Source: an uncultured Chloroflexia bacterium | GTDB taxonomy: Bacteria; Chloroflexota; Limnocylindria; Limnocylindrales; CSP1-4 | Assembly: GCA_963698505.1 (NCBI GenBank) | Contig: CAVORC010000030.1 | Location: 3,401-67,400 of the forward strand | DNA: 64,000 bases | Reading direction: 5' to 3' | In this document: positions 11,411 to 21,568 of the stretch, piece by piece | Numbering within the stretch: position 1 is the first letter of the stretch | Layout of the letters: every line of letters begins with the position of its first letter | The notes under the pieces: generated by a model | Told to the model about the DNA's origin: nothing | What the model saw: only the letters and a program-made list of their open reading frames with translations | Database searches by the model: none | Made by a program: the position numbers and the translations under genes

Positions 11411-12439
11411 CTAAGCTTGTCCGGGCAGAAGCCTCTTGAGCCGCGCCGGCGGGTTGGCGATGAACGTGTTGAGCAGGACGGCCCCGATGAGCACGAGGCC
11501 GACCACGATCGTGGTGGAGTCGCCCTTGGCCCCTGACAGCGCGAGGCCGTTCTTCATCAGCTGGATGAGTACAAGACCCAGCACGGTCCCGATGATGGTG
11601 CCGCTGCCGCCGAAGATGCTGGTGCCGCCGACGACCACGGCGGTGATGGCGGTGAGCTCGAAGCCGTTGCCCATGTCGGAGCGCGTCGTGCTGACGCGTG
11701 ACACGAAGACCCAGCCCGCAAGGCCGGACATGAAGCCCGAGAGCGTGTAGATGATGAACTTGTTTCGCGCCACGTTGAGGCCGCTGAACCGTGCGCCGGT
11801 CTCGTTGTTGCCGATGGCATACAGCGATCTGCCGAAAGGCGTCCAGGCCAGGGCAGCGCCGATGCCGATGATCCCGACCACGACCAGGAAGAGCTGATTG
11901 GGGAACACGGTGGCGTTACCGAAGAAGCTGAAATCCTTCTGGCCCAGGATGTAGAACCACTCCGGGTAGCCGCGCACGGAACGTGCCTGCGCGATGCCCT
12001 CGGCAAGTCCCCGGAACAGGGCCAGCGTGGCCAGCGTGGTGATCAGTGGTGGCAGGCCGACGCGGATGATGAAGAAGGCATTGAAGGCGCCGCAGGCGGT
12101 CGCGATGAGCAACGCGACGACGATGGCCACTTCCAGCGGCAGACCCCAGTTGTGCCAGGCTACCCCGAGCATGATGGCCGTCAGACCGACGATGGAACCG
12201 ACGGACAGGTCGATGCCGCCGGTGATGATGATCAGCGTCATGGGCAGGGCGATGAGCGCGATCTCGGTCGCCAGCCGTCCCTGGTTGAGCAGGTTCTCCG
12301 GCGTCAGGAACACGTCCGACTGGAACGACATCAGGATGACGCCGGCGATGAGGATGAAGAAGAGGATGGTCTCCTGGCGCAGCAGGATGGCCTGCAGGCG
12401 CGACTCGGAGCGGTCGGCCACGGACGGTGTGCTCGTCAT
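11411..12439 (-). CDS. Sugar ABC transporter permease
   Basis: GGIDLSVGS, FELTAITAVVVGGTSIFGGSG. Confidence 0.9.
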   Translation of the reverse strand: MTSTPSVADRSESRLQAILLRQETILFFILIAGVILMSFQSDVFLTPENLLNQGRLATEIALIALPMTLIIITGGIDLSVGSIVGLTAIMLGVAWHNWGLPLEVAIVVALLIATACGAFNAFFIIRVGLPPLITTLATLALFRGLAEGIAQARSVRGYPEWFYILGQKDFSFFGNATVFPNQLFLVVVGIIGIGAALAWTPFGRSLYAIGNNETGARFSGLNVARNKFIIYTLSGFMSGLAGWVFVSRVSTTRSDMGNGFELTAITAVVVGGTSIFGGSGTIIGTVLGLVLIQLMKNGLALSGAKGDSTTIVVGLVLIGAVLLNTFIANPPARLKRLLPGQA

Positions 12440-12451
12440 GTCAGCCTCCCC

Positions 12452-13459
12452 CTACATCCGTTCCTGGCGACGACGGCGGACGACATCGGCCAGCACTGTG
12501 ACGAGGATGAGCACACCGAGGATGGCCTTGAGCCAGAAGGGCGAGATGTCCACGAAGACGAGCGCAGCCCCGATGGTGCGAATGAGGATGGCGGCCAGCG
12601 TGGAGCCGATGACCGTGCCGATGCCACCCAGGATGGACACGCCACCGACCACCGCGGCCGTGATGACCTGCAGCTCGAGGCCCGGCGTGACGACGGTCTG
12701 GAGCGTGTTGTACTGCGTTGCGAACATCACGGCCGCGATGCCGTAGAACAACCCGGCGATGGTGAAGGTCACCATCAGCTGCCGGCGCGTGTCGATGCCG
12801 GAAAGCCGGGCAGCCTCGGCGTTGCCACCGATGGCGTACTGGGAGCGACCCGTGCGGCTCCAGCGCATCCAGGCGAAGGCCACAGCCGTCAGCACGACCA
12901 TGACCCAGACCGGCACCGGGATGCCCAGGATGTCCTCCTGGGCGAGGCTATAGCCGTCGGGCAGTGCGCTGATGGTGCTGCCACCAGCGACGAGGATGAG
13001 CCCGCCCTTGAGGATGCTGAATGTTCCAAGTGTGACCACGATGGCAGGGATCTTCAGGTAGGCCACGAAGAAGCCGTTGATGGCGCTGATGAGCATGCCG
13101 CCGAAGAGGGGCGCGATCCAGGCTGCCGCGAGCACGATGGGAGCGGGCAACTCCGCTGCCGACAGCTGCTCCGCGAGCGAGCCCGACAGCGCCACGAGCA
13201 CGCCGATGGCTGCGCCAACGGAGATGTCGATGTTGCCGGTGATGATGATCATCGAGATGCCGATGGCAGCCACGGCGATGTAGGCATTGGCGTTGAAGAC
13301 GTCAGTCAGGTTGCGCTCGGTGACGAAGCGCGGGTTGTACAGGCCGACGCCGATGATGAGCAGCATCAGCAGGAGGAGCAGGATGCCCTCCTGCGTCCCG
13401 AACAGCCGACGAGCGTTGGCCAGGAAGCGGTTGCCCTGCACGCCGCTGGCCGCGGTCAT
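12452..13459 (-). CDS. Sugar ABC transporter permease
   Basis: GNIDISVG, AIGGNAEAARLSGI, ELQVITAAVVGGVSILGG. Confidence 0.9.
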   Translation of the reverse strand: MTAASGVQGNRFLANARRLFGTQEGILLLLLMLLIIGVGLYNPRFVTERNLTDVFNANAYIAVAAIGISMIIITGNIDISVGAAIGVLVALSGSLAEQLSAAELPAPIVLAAAWIAPLFGGMLISAINGFFVAYLKIPAIVVTLGTFSILKGGLILVAGGSTISALPDGYSLAQEDILGIPVPVWVMVVLTAVAFAWMRWSRTGRSQYAIGGNAEAARLSGIDTRRQLMVTFTIAGLFYGIAAVMFATQYNTLQTVVTPGLELQVITAAVVGGVSILGGIGTVIGSTLAAILIRTIGAALVFVDISPFWLKAILGVLILVTVLADVVRRRRQERM

Positions 13460-15000
13460 GCGGCGGCCCCGGGGGCCGCGCCGTCGCTCGCGTCGTCGCT
13501 GCTCTGGTCGCTCATCATGGCCGCGCCAACGCTCTGCTGGGTGGCCTCAGCACGGCTGAACTCGGCCACGAGACGGCTGTTGCGCATGACCAGCACGCGG
13601 TCGCTCATGCCCAGCACTTCAGGCAGCTCGCTGGAGATCATGAGGATGCCCAGGCCCTGCTGTGCCAGCTCGCTGAGCAAGCGGTGGATCTCCGCCTTGG
13701 CACCCACGTCCACGCCACGCGTGGGCTCATCGACGATGAGGATTCGGGGCTTGCTGGCCAACCACTTGCCGACCACGACCTTCTGCTGGTTGCCGCCGGA
13801 GAGCTTGTTGACCACCTGCTCGCCGCTGGTGGCGATGATGTTGAGCTGCTCGATGAGCTCGTCGCCAGACTTGCGCTCATTGCGCTTGATCACGAACCCG
13901 AAGCGGGTGAACGAGTCGAGGATGGCCATCGAGAGGTTCTCGCGGATGCGCATCTCGCGCACCAGGCCCTGGGTGCCGCGATCCTCCGGCACGTACGCGA
14001 TGCCGAGCTTCATCGCATGGCTGGGCGACTTGACACGGACCGGCTGGCCCTCGACGAGGATCTCGCCCGAGTCTGGCTTGAGGATGCCGAAGATGACCTG
14101 CGCGGTCTCGCTGCGACCGGAGCCGACCAGCCCCGCCATGCCGACGATCTCACCGCTGCGGACGGTGAAGCTGACGTCCTTCGTCTGCGGGTGACGGTTG
14201 AGGCCTCTCACCTCCAGCACCGGGTCACCGACCTCGCTGGGCAGCTTGGGGAAGAGGTCGGTGATGGTGCGGCCGACCATCATGCGGATGAGGTCGTCCT
14301 CGTCGGTCTCACTGACCGGCTTTGAGTCGACGAACTTGCCGTCACGCAGCACGGTGACCTTGTCGGCCAGCTGGAAGACCTCGATGAGGCGGTGACTGAT
14401 GTAGATGACCGCGACGTCGCGCTCCTTGAGCAGGCGCACGATCTCGAAGAGCTTGGCCACGTCGGATTCGGTCAGGGCGGCGGTGGGCTCGTCCATGATC
14501 AGCACCTTGGCGTCCAGTGAGAGCGCCTTGGCGATCTCCACGCGCTGCCGGTTGCCCACGTTCAGCGCGCCCACCTTGCGCCGGACGTCCATGTCGTGGA
14601 TGTTGAGCGACTCCAGGATCTCCTGCGAGCGCCGGTTCATCTCGCCCCAGTCGATGACCTGCGTGGGGCCCGCCTTCCGCATCGGTGCGTGGCCCATGAA
14701 GATGTTCTCCGCCACGCTCAGCTCGGGATAGAGGCTCAGCTCCTGGTACATCGTGGCGATGCCGTGGGCCTGCGCCTCGTGAGGGCTGCGGAAGCGCACC
14801 GACTTGCCGTCCATGTGGATGGTGCCACTGTCGGCGGGATGGACCCCAGAGATGACCTTGATGAGGGTGGACTTGCCGGCACCGTTCTCCCCCACCAGGG
14901 CGTGGACCTGTCCGGCATCGGTGCTGAAGTGGACATCCTCCAGCGCCTTCACGCCGGGGAACGACTTCGAGATGTTGGCGAGTTCGAGCAGCGCGGTCAT
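13456..15000 (-). CDS. Sugar ABC transporter ATP-binding protein
   Basis: [29 protein letters not shown]. Confidence 0.93.
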   Translation of the reverse strand: MTALLELANISKSFPGVKALEDVHFSTDAGQVHALVGENGAGKSTLIKVISGVHPADSGTIHMDGKSVRFRSPHEAQAHGIATMYQELSLYPELSVAENIFMGHAPMRKAGPTQVIDWGEMNRRSQEILESLNIHDMDVRRKVGALNVGNRQRVEIAKALSLDAKVLIMDEPTAALTESDVAKLFEIVRLLKERDVAVIYISHRLIEVFQLADKVTVLRDGKFVDSKPVSETDEDDLIRMMVGRTITDLFPKLPSEVGDPVLEVRGLNRHPQTKDVSFTVRSGEIVGMAGLVGSGRSETAQVIFGILKPDSGEILVEGQPVRVKSPSHAMKLGIAYVPEDRGTQGLVREMRIRENLSMAILDSFTRFGFVIKRNERKSGDELIEQLNIIATSGEQVVNKLSGGNQQKVVVGKWLASKPRILIVDEPTRGVDVGAKAEIHRLLSELAQQGLGILMISSELPEVLGMSDRVLVMRNSRLVAEFSRAEATQQSVGAAMMSDQSSDDASDGAAPGAAA

Positions 15001-15166
15001 GCGTCCTCGGTCCTACTCCCTGTCAGCGGCGTGTCGGGCCCGGCCGGCATGTCCGAGGGCGGCTGGCTCATCCGGGCAATCCCTCCCTACCATACCCAAT
15101 CTCGATGGCGTCGCGCATTCGTTTGCAGGCAGCGGCACGTGGCCGAGGGGCAGAGTCCGCCGCTGA

Positions 15167-16516
15167 TCAGACGCTGGCCGCGCCGGCCGGCGTCAAACGC
15201 CAGTCAGCTCGACGGATGGCGACGATGGCGAGCGAGCCGATGATGGCCAGCGCCAGCGCCCCGATCAGCATGGCGGAGCGCACACCGAAAACGTCGGCCA
15301 ACCAGCCTGAAAGCAGCGAGCCGAACAGACTTGACCCCTGGAAGGTCATGACCCAGATACCCATGACCCGGCCACGCAGCGCGTCGGGTGTCGCCGAGTG
15401 CACCGACACCAGCGCGTTCTGGGCCAGCGTGATCTGCGCGGCCCCCAACAGGAAGGCCAGCACGAAGACGACCTCCGTCGACTGCGCCAGCCCGATACCG
15501 GCCACCAGCAGGGCCATGCTGATGACTCCGACCGTGAGCCAGCCGCGGCGGTCGCCGTGGGCGAAGGTGGTGACCAGCAGCGCGGCCGCCAGCGCACCCG
15601 CGCCCGACGCACCAAGGAAGGCACCGAAACCGTCGGCACCAAGGCCCAGCTCGGTCTGCACGTAGAGCGGTGCGAGGGTCGTGAACGTGGCCATGCCCAG
15701 CATGGCCGCGGCCCAGATGAGCACCAGCGAGAGCCGCACCACCGGTTCGTGGACGACGAAGTGGAGGCCGGCGCGCAGGTCGAACAGGATCGAGTGCGAT
15801 CGGTCGGCTCGCTGGCGCCCCTGCTCGCGGTAGCGATCCATCCACAGGAAGGACGCCGACACGACCAGCGAGGCAACCGCGGCAAAGGCGAAGGGGCTGG
15901 CCGACCCGATGGTCGCGATCATCACGCCGGCCACCACCGGGCCCAGGAAGCGCGTGCTGTTCCAGGCGGTGGCGTGCAGCGAGGCGGCGCTGGAGATATC
16001 GCGCATGGGCACCATCTCGGTCATGAACGCCTGGCGTACCGGGACCTCAACGGCGATGAGGAGGCCGAAACCGAAGGACGCCGCCGCGAGGATGGGCAGG
16101 GTCTGGCTGTCGGTGACGACCAGCAGCCAGATGAGGGCCGACAGCGCCGCCGCGAACATCTGTGCGCTCACCAGCACGGTGCGCCGCTCGACGCGATCGG
16201 CGAGCACGCCGCCCATGGGGCCGACGAAGAACGTGGGCAGGAAGAAGAAGCCCGTGACGAGGCCGACTTGGGCCGGCGTCGCGCCCAGCTCGACGACCAG
16301 CCAGGGGATGGCGACGAGCGGCATCCACATGGAGAGGCCACGGAAGAGCATGCCGACGAAGTAGATGCGGAAGCCGGGGTATCGCAGCGCGCGGAAGCCA
16401 CGCAGTCGCCCACGGCCAGCGCGACCGGTCGGCTGAGGCTCGCCCTGCGGCGGCTCCGCTGACCCGGTCGCGTCCGTCGGCGCCGGTTCGGCAGGAGTGG
16501 CGGGCGTGGTCGTCAT
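15167..16516 (-). CDS. MFS transporter (MFS_3-like)
   Basis: About 12 hydrophobic segments; GGVLADRVERR motif A; PDALRGRVMG. Confidence 0.88.
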   Translation of the reverse strand: MTTTPATPAEPAPTDATGSAEPPQGEPQPTGRAGRGRLRGFRALRYPGFRIYFVGMLFRGLSMWMPLVAIPWLVVELGATPAQVGLVTGFFFLPTFFVGPMGGVLADRVERRTVLVSAQMFAAALSALIWLLVVTDSQTLPILAAASFGFGLLIAVEVPVRQAFMTEMVPMRDISSAASLHATAWNSTRFLGPVVAGVMIATIGSASPFAFAAVASLVVSASFLWMDRYREQGRQRADRSHSILFDLRAGLHFVVHEPVVRLSLVLIWAAAMLGMATFTTLAPLYVQTELGLGADGFGAFLGASGAGALAAALLVTTFAHGDRRGWLTVGVISMALLVAGIGLAQSTEVVFVLAFLLGAAQITLAQNALVSVHSATPDALRGRVMGIWVMTFQGSSLFGSLLSGWLADVFGVRSAMLIGALALAIIGSLAIVAIRRADWRLTPAGAASV

Positions 16517-16577
16517 CGAATGGCCCTACTCTACGACGCCGGCGCCGCGGCGGCGTTGCAACGGGTCTCGCCTCGCG

Positions 16578-17696
16578 CTACGCGGTCGCTCCCTGCGCCG
16601 CGACCTCCACCGTGGCCTTGATGGCGCCGTCCACGCCGTCCAGGTGACGGCGGATGGCCGTGGGGTCCAGGCCCGCGATGCGGTGGGTGATGAGCTGGCC
16701 TAGCCAGCCGCGGGTGCCCGCGTCGGACTCTGCCTGGGCGATCGTCTTGACCGCCCGTGCATAGTCGTCCCAGGAGGCGGCGGCACTGCCCACGATGACG
16801 CGGTTGTACAGCACCACCGCCTGGTTGAGGCGGGCCATGTCCACCTCGAGCAGGGTGCTCCCGGGCGTCACGCTGAACAGCGCCAGGACCCCGTTGGGCG
16901 CCAGCGCGGCCACGGCCGGCTCGATGAGCACGGGCGCACCCGAGCCCTCGAAGACGATGTCGAAGGGCCCATCGCGCTCGACGAGCGTGGGCAGGTCTGC
17001 CTCGGCGGCGCTGACGTAGCGGGCCCCGATGCGTTCGACCAGGCTGCTGTTGAGGTACGGCGGTCGCCGGCGGGCGAAGGTCGTCACGTCCAGGCCACGC
17101 AGCCGCAGCGCCAGCGTCGCCAGCAGCCCGATGGTGCCGGCGCCGGTGACGAGTGCGCGTCGTGGCTGCCACAGCTCGAGCCGGGCCTGCACGGCATCCG
17201 CCTGGCGCAGCGACTTGGTGATGCAGCTGAGCGGCTCGGTGAGCACGGCGACGTCCTCGAGACGCTCCGGCACCGGCACCAGGTATTCGGCCGACACCAC
17301 GACCTCCGGGGTCATGAAGCCGTGCGCCCGGCTGATGCCGGCCTCGATGAAGACGTCGTCGGTGGACAGGTCGGGACGCCCGATGCGGTCGTAGACGCTC
17401 GTTCCGGGGCGGCGGATGGCGATGACCACCAGCTGGCCCGGCGTCACCTCCGTGACGGCGGCAGCGACCTCGTGGACGCGAGCCAGCGACTCGTGGCCGA
17501 GCACGAGGTAGTCGTCACCCGCGGGGGCACGGCCGTAGTCGCCCGCCGCCAGGTCGGCGTCCGTGCCGCAGAGCCCCGTGCGGATGATGCGCAGCCGGAC
17601 CCCACGACCGTTCGCCACGTCATCGAGGGCGGGTCGTGGGACCTCGCGCAGATGGAGCGAACCGGCGGATCCCGGGTTGATGGCGATGGCCCTCAC
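16578..17696 (-). CDS. Zn-dependent glucose 1-dehydrogenase-like oxidoreductase
   Basis: GLCGTD, LGHES, LTEPLS, GAGTIG; GTG start chosen. Confidence 0.85.
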   Translation of the reverse strand: MRAIAINPGSAGSLHLREVPRPALDDVANGRGVRLRIIRTGLCGTDADLAAGDYGRAPAGDDYLVLGHESLARVHEVAAAVTEVTPGQLVVIAIRRPGTSVYDRIGRPDLSTDDVFIEAGISRAHGFMTPEVVVSAEYLVPVPERLEDVAVLTEPLSCITKSLRQADAVQARLELWQPRRALVTGAGTIGLLATLALRLRGLDVTTFARRRPPYLNSSLVERIGARYVSAAEADLPTLVERDGPFDIVFEGSGAPVLIEPAVAALAPNGVLALFSVTPGSTLLEVDMARLNQAVVLYNRVIVGSAAASWDDYARAVKTIAQAESDAGTRGWLGQLITHRIAGLDPTAIRRHLDGVDGAIKATVEVAAQGATA

Positions 17697-17831
17697 GCCC
17701 TCCAGCGTAGCCCGTCGGGCGGGTCTCAGCCAGGCCTGGGCAGTGCGCGCCAACTGGCCTCGGCCAGCTCGGTCCGCTGGCCCTGGGTCAAGGTCGTCGA
17801 GGCATCGGCCGCCAGACGGATCGCCGGCCCA

Positions 17832-17950
17832 GGGTCGGTCTGGCCCGTGCGGGGTCAGGTCTGGCTCGTGCGGGGTCAGGTCTGGCTCGCTCGGGGTCAG
17901 GTCTGGCTCGCTATGCGGGCGGCGACTCTGGCTCGCTATGCGGGCGGCGA
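17832..17950. repeat. Short tandem repeats (21-bp unit ~4x, then 25-bp-period unit 2x)
   Basis: ggggtcaggtctggctcg(t/c)nn at 17851, 17872, 17893 (degenerate copy at 17832); tctggctcgctatgcgggcggcga at 17902 and 17927. Confidence 0.85.
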
Positions 17951-18391
17951 ATGAACGTGACGACCTTGCTCTCGAATCTGCCGCTTCGATGCACGAGGTG
18001 CATGGGCGTGTCAGCCGCATGCGCCGGAGGCATGGAACCTGCGAGCCAGCGCCCGATCCGGTCACGTTCATCCGTCACGCGCATACCGCGGGGCCAGACA
18101 AGGCACTACCGCGGGGCCAGCTACGGCGTGTGTCGCCGAGCCCGCCCCGCCACGCATGCCGACGCCACGACCACCAGGCCCGCCCCGCCACCGCCGCCCG
18201 CCGCCACGGCCGCCAGGCCCGCCACCGCCCCCGCCGCCACGGCCGCCCGCATCCGCGACAGAACGCCTGCCGTGCCGGCCGCATCGCGGGAATCGAAAGC
18301 GGGCGGTGGACCATCCACCGCCCGCTCCGTTGACTCCCAGGGCGCCTCACAGCCCCAGGAGGACGACTCCCAAAGGAAGGTCGCGCGTTCG

Positions 18392-19774
18392 CTAGTAGGC
18401 TTCCAGGTAGCGGTCGAGCTCCCAGTTGGTGATCTGGCTGGAGTACTCGGCCCACTCCTCCTTCTTGGCCTCGAGGTAGTGGCTGTAGACGTGATCGCCG
18501 AGCGCCTCGGCGATGACCTCGTCCTGCTCCATCGCCTCGATGGCCTCGCCGAGGGTGCCCGGCAGCTCCTGGATGCCCTTCTCGGCAACGCGCTCGGCCG
18601 TCATCTCGAAGAGGCTCTCTTCGACCGGATCGGGCAGCTTCATGCCCTTCTCGATGCCGTCCAGGCCGGCTGCCAGCATGGCGGCGAAAGCGAGGTAGGC
18701 ATTGGCCGTCGGGTCGGGGCAGCGCACCTCACAGCGGGTGGCCTCCACCGAACGACCCGGTGAGACCTTGGGCACGCGGATGAGAGCAGAACGGTTGGTG
18801 CGGCCCCAGGTCAGATAGGTCGGCGCCTCATAGCCGGGCACCAGGCGCTTGTAGGAGTTGACGATCGGCGCTAGGACCGCGCTCATGCCGCGCGCGTGGG
18901 CGAGGATGCCAGCCATGTACGACTGTGCCAGCTTGGAGAGGCCGTACTTGCTGCGCGGCTCGGCGAAGGCGTTCTTCTGCTCCTCGATAGACCACAGGCT
19001 CTGGTGCGTGTGCATGCCGGAGCCATTGATGCCCTCGATGGGCTTGGGCATGAACGTGGCGTAGAGCCCGTGCAGCTGGGCGATGGCCTTCAGCGTGAAC
19101 TTGAACGTCACCGCGTTGTCAGCGGTGGTCAGGCCATCGCTGTACTGGAAGTCGATCTCGTGCTGGCCGTAGGCGACCTCGTGGTGCGCCGCCTCGACAC
19201 GGATGCCGAACGCCTCGAGTGCGTTGACCATGTCGCGGCGCACGGACTGGGCCAAGTCGGTGGAGAAGTCGAAGTAGCCACCCTGGTCGTGCGGCAGCGG
19301 CGCGATGTTGCCCTCGGCGTCCTTGCGGAACAGGAAGAACTCCAGCTCCGGGCCGGCGTTCCAGATGTAGCCCATGTCCTCGGCGCGCTTGAGCTGCTTC
19401 TTGAGCACACCGCGCGGGTCGCCCACGAAGGGATTGCCGTCAGGTGTCATCACATCACAGATGACCCGGGCGCTGCCGCGGCTACCCAGCGGTCCGGCAG
19501 AGAGGTCGCCGCCCTGCCAGGGGATCTCGGCGAAGGTGTTCATGTCCGGTGCCAGCCACTGGTCGGACTCGGCGATGCGGGTGAAGCCCTCGATCGAGGA
19601 ACCGTCGAACCAGGTCCCGTGCTCCAGCGACTCTTCCAGCCGGTACAGCGGGATGGTGATGCCCTTGACGATGCCGAGCAGATCAGTGAACTGCAGCTCG
19701 ACGAACCGGATGTCGCGCTCCTTGGCTGCCTGGATCTTGTCGAGCGGATCGTTCGACGCTACTTCGATGACCAA
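18392..19774 (-). CDS. glnA: Glutamine synthetase type I
   Basis: FDGSSIEGF, GPELEFF, HHEVAYGQHEI, FMPKP, NGSGMHTHQS, RLVPGYEAP, NRSALIRVP; TTG start after GAGGAG. Confidence 0.95.
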   Translation of the reverse strand: MVIEVASNDPLDKIQAAKERDIRFVELQFTDLLGIVKGITIPLYRLEESLEHGTWFDGSSIEGFTRIAESDQWLAPDMNTFAEIPWQGGDLSAGPLGSRGSARVICDVMTPDGNPFVGDPRGVLKKQLKRAEDMGYIWNAGPELEFFLFRKDAEGNIAPLPHDQGGYFDFSTDLAQSVRRDMVNALEAFGIRVEAAHHEVAYGQHEIDFQYSDGLTTADNAVTFKFTLKAIAQLHGLYATFMPKPIEGINGSGMHTHQSLWSIEEQKNAFAEPRSKYGLSKLAQSYMAGILAHARGMSAVLAPIVNSYKRLVPGYEAPTYLTWGRTNRSALIRVPKVSPGRSVEATRCEVRCPDPTANAYLAFAAMLAAGLDGIEKGMKLPDPVEESLFEMTAERVAEKGIQELPGTLGEAIEAMEQDEVIAEALGDHVYSHYLEAKKEEWAEYSSQITNWELDRYLEAY

Positions 19775-19954
19775 CAGTCTCTCCTCTTCCTGCCGAGCGC
19801 TGGCCCTGGGTCTGGAAGATCGGGCACACAGTGAGGCGGCACGGCCGACTCCGAGCATAGGAGCCGGCGCGCCGCCATAGGTTGCTCCACGGTTACGGCT
19901 CAGAGGCAGTCCCCGGACGAATCGTGCGTTGCGGGTGCTGCCGGGAGGGCAGGG

Positions 19955-21568
19955 TTACCCGGCAGCACCCGCAGAGGGTGGGAAGTGCTCGGTCTGGCCG
20001 GTCGCGGGCGCCCCGTCTGGGCAGACCTCGTTGGCACCGACGGTCGGCGTCGCGTTGGATTGGACGAAGAGGTTGATGGCGCTGCCACAGATGCTGTTGC
20101 CAGTGATGCTCGGGCTCGTCCCGCCGCCGACAAGGATGCCCCTGGCGGTCGCATTCTCGATGGTGTTGCCCGTGATGGACGGCGCACCGGCGGAGACCAC
20201 CGAGACCCCGTAGTCGCCGCCACGGACCGTGTTGCCGCTGACCTCGCCCGCGGCCACGGACAGCGTCATGGCGTTCATGTTGTTGACGAACGTGTTGTCG
20301 CGGATGGTGGCCGTGGCGTGTGACACGTTGACCGCCTGGGTGTTGCCCGTGAACTGGTTGCCGCTGACGGTGGCGATGGCGTCGTCGGCGATGGAGACGG
20401 CAACGAGGTTGGAGAAGGAGAACCGGTTGTCCTCGATGGTCGCACCGGTGGGTCCGGTCGCATCGGCCGCACGGGTGGACTCGGTCGCACCGGTCGCCTC
20501 TGCGGACCCACCCCGCACGTCGAGCTCGGCGTTGATGAACTGGTTCCCCCGCAGGACCGGGTATGAGCCGCCGACGACGGTAACGGTGTCATCGCCGCAG
20601 TCGCCGCTGATGGTGCCGTCGGCGAACGTCGGCGCGGAGCCGTCCTGGACGGTGAGCTGCGCGCGCTGGAACGTGGTGCCGGTGAACGTCGGGTCCGACC
20701 CACCGCTGACGCGACTGCGGTACCAGATGGAGCTGTCGCGAACGGTCGCGCTGGAGCCACCCTCCACGAAGAGGCCGCCCGCGAGCGAGGCGTTGGGCTC
20801 GATCGACCCCTGGTGGTTGAGGAGCAGGCCCTCCAGTGTTGGTGCACCACCGACCACGAGCAGGTCGATGGCGTCCCGATGCCCGGTCACCTGCAGGTTG
20901 CGCAGCGTGGCCGCGGACTCGATGACCTGGATGCCCACCGCCGGCCGTCCGGGCAGCTCGAACCTGCCGTGGCGACTACGGTAGGGCGCCAGTGGCACCA
21001 CCGCCAGCGGCGCGTCGATCGGCACCGTGATGACCACGTCGGTCGGGGTCGCGCCGTTGCCGGCGAGCGTGATGTCCTTGTCGATGACGAAGGCCTCGTC
21101 GTAGACGCCGGGCTGGATGAGGATGGTGGCGCCGTCCTGCGCCGCGGCCACGGCTTCGCTGATGGTGCTGAACTGGCCGCTGCCGTCGGCGGCCACGGAG
21201 TAGGTGTTGCCGGCGATGGCGGGCGGGGGTTCGGTCTCGACGCTTGCCCGCGGCAACACGAGCGTGGCCACCAGGGCCAGGACGGCGACGCTGCTGGCCG
21301 CGATGGTGGCGCCCAGCCCGATCTGGTTCCGCCGCTCCGGGAGCGGGCGCCTCTCCTCAGGGGCAACAGCCGCGCCGCGGGCTCCACGGCGGCCCGCGCC
21401 ACCGACGCCAGCGCCACGACCGAGCCGGGCCGGCAGCCACCGATGGCGCTTTTGCGGCACGTCGCCCGCCAGAGCCAGGGCCCGCTCCAGGCTGCCCGAG
21501 GGCGGGTCGACCACGCGGCATTCCAGCCAGGTGCTGACGATGCGATCGATCTCGCTGTTGGTGTTCAT
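19955..21568 (-). CDS. Membrane-anchored putative anti-sigma factor with right-handed beta-helix (pectin lyase-like) domain
   Basis: Short cytoplasmic N-terminus, one TM, VAADGSGQFSTISEAV then PbH1-like repeats; overlaps the ECF stop codon. Confidence 0.72.
   Translation of the reverse strand: MNTNSEIDRIVSTWLECRVVDPPSGSLERALALAGDVPQKRHRWLPARLGRGAGVGGAGRRGARGAAVAPEERRPLPERRNQIGLGATIAASSVAVLALVATLVLPRASVETEPPPAIAGNTYSVAADGSGQFSTISEAVAAAQDGATILIQPGVYDEAFVIDKDITLAGNGATPTDVVITVPIDAPLAVVPLAPYRSRHGRFELPGRPAVGIQVIESAATLRNLQVTGHRDAIDLLVVGGAPTLEGLLLNHQGSIEPNASLAGGLFVEGGSSATVRDSSIWYRSRVSGGSDPTFTGTTFQRAQLTVQDGSAPTFADGTISGDCGDDTVTVVGGSYPVLRGNQFINAELDVRGGSAEATGATESTRAADATGPTGATIEDNRFSFSNLVAVSIADDAIATVSGNQFTGNTQAVNVSHATATIRDNTFVNNMNAMTLSVAAGEVSGNTVRGGDYGVSVVSAGAPSITGNTIENATARGILVGGGTSPSITGNSICGSAINLFVQSNATPTVGANEVCPDGAPATGQTEHFPPSAGAAG

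Noticed and set aside
12152-14194. Long plus-strand ORFs (also 47755..49503, and 52012..53604 on minus)
   Set aside because: Antisense shadows of well-supported genes, common in high-GC DNA.
17832-17950. CRISPR array
   Set aside because: Units are contiguous without unique spacers and there are no cas genes; the same applies to 24854-24932.
17697-18071. N-terminal extension of the dehydrogenase with EPDLTP repeats
   Set aside because: Homology starts at VRAIAINPG; the extension merely translates the tandem repeat.
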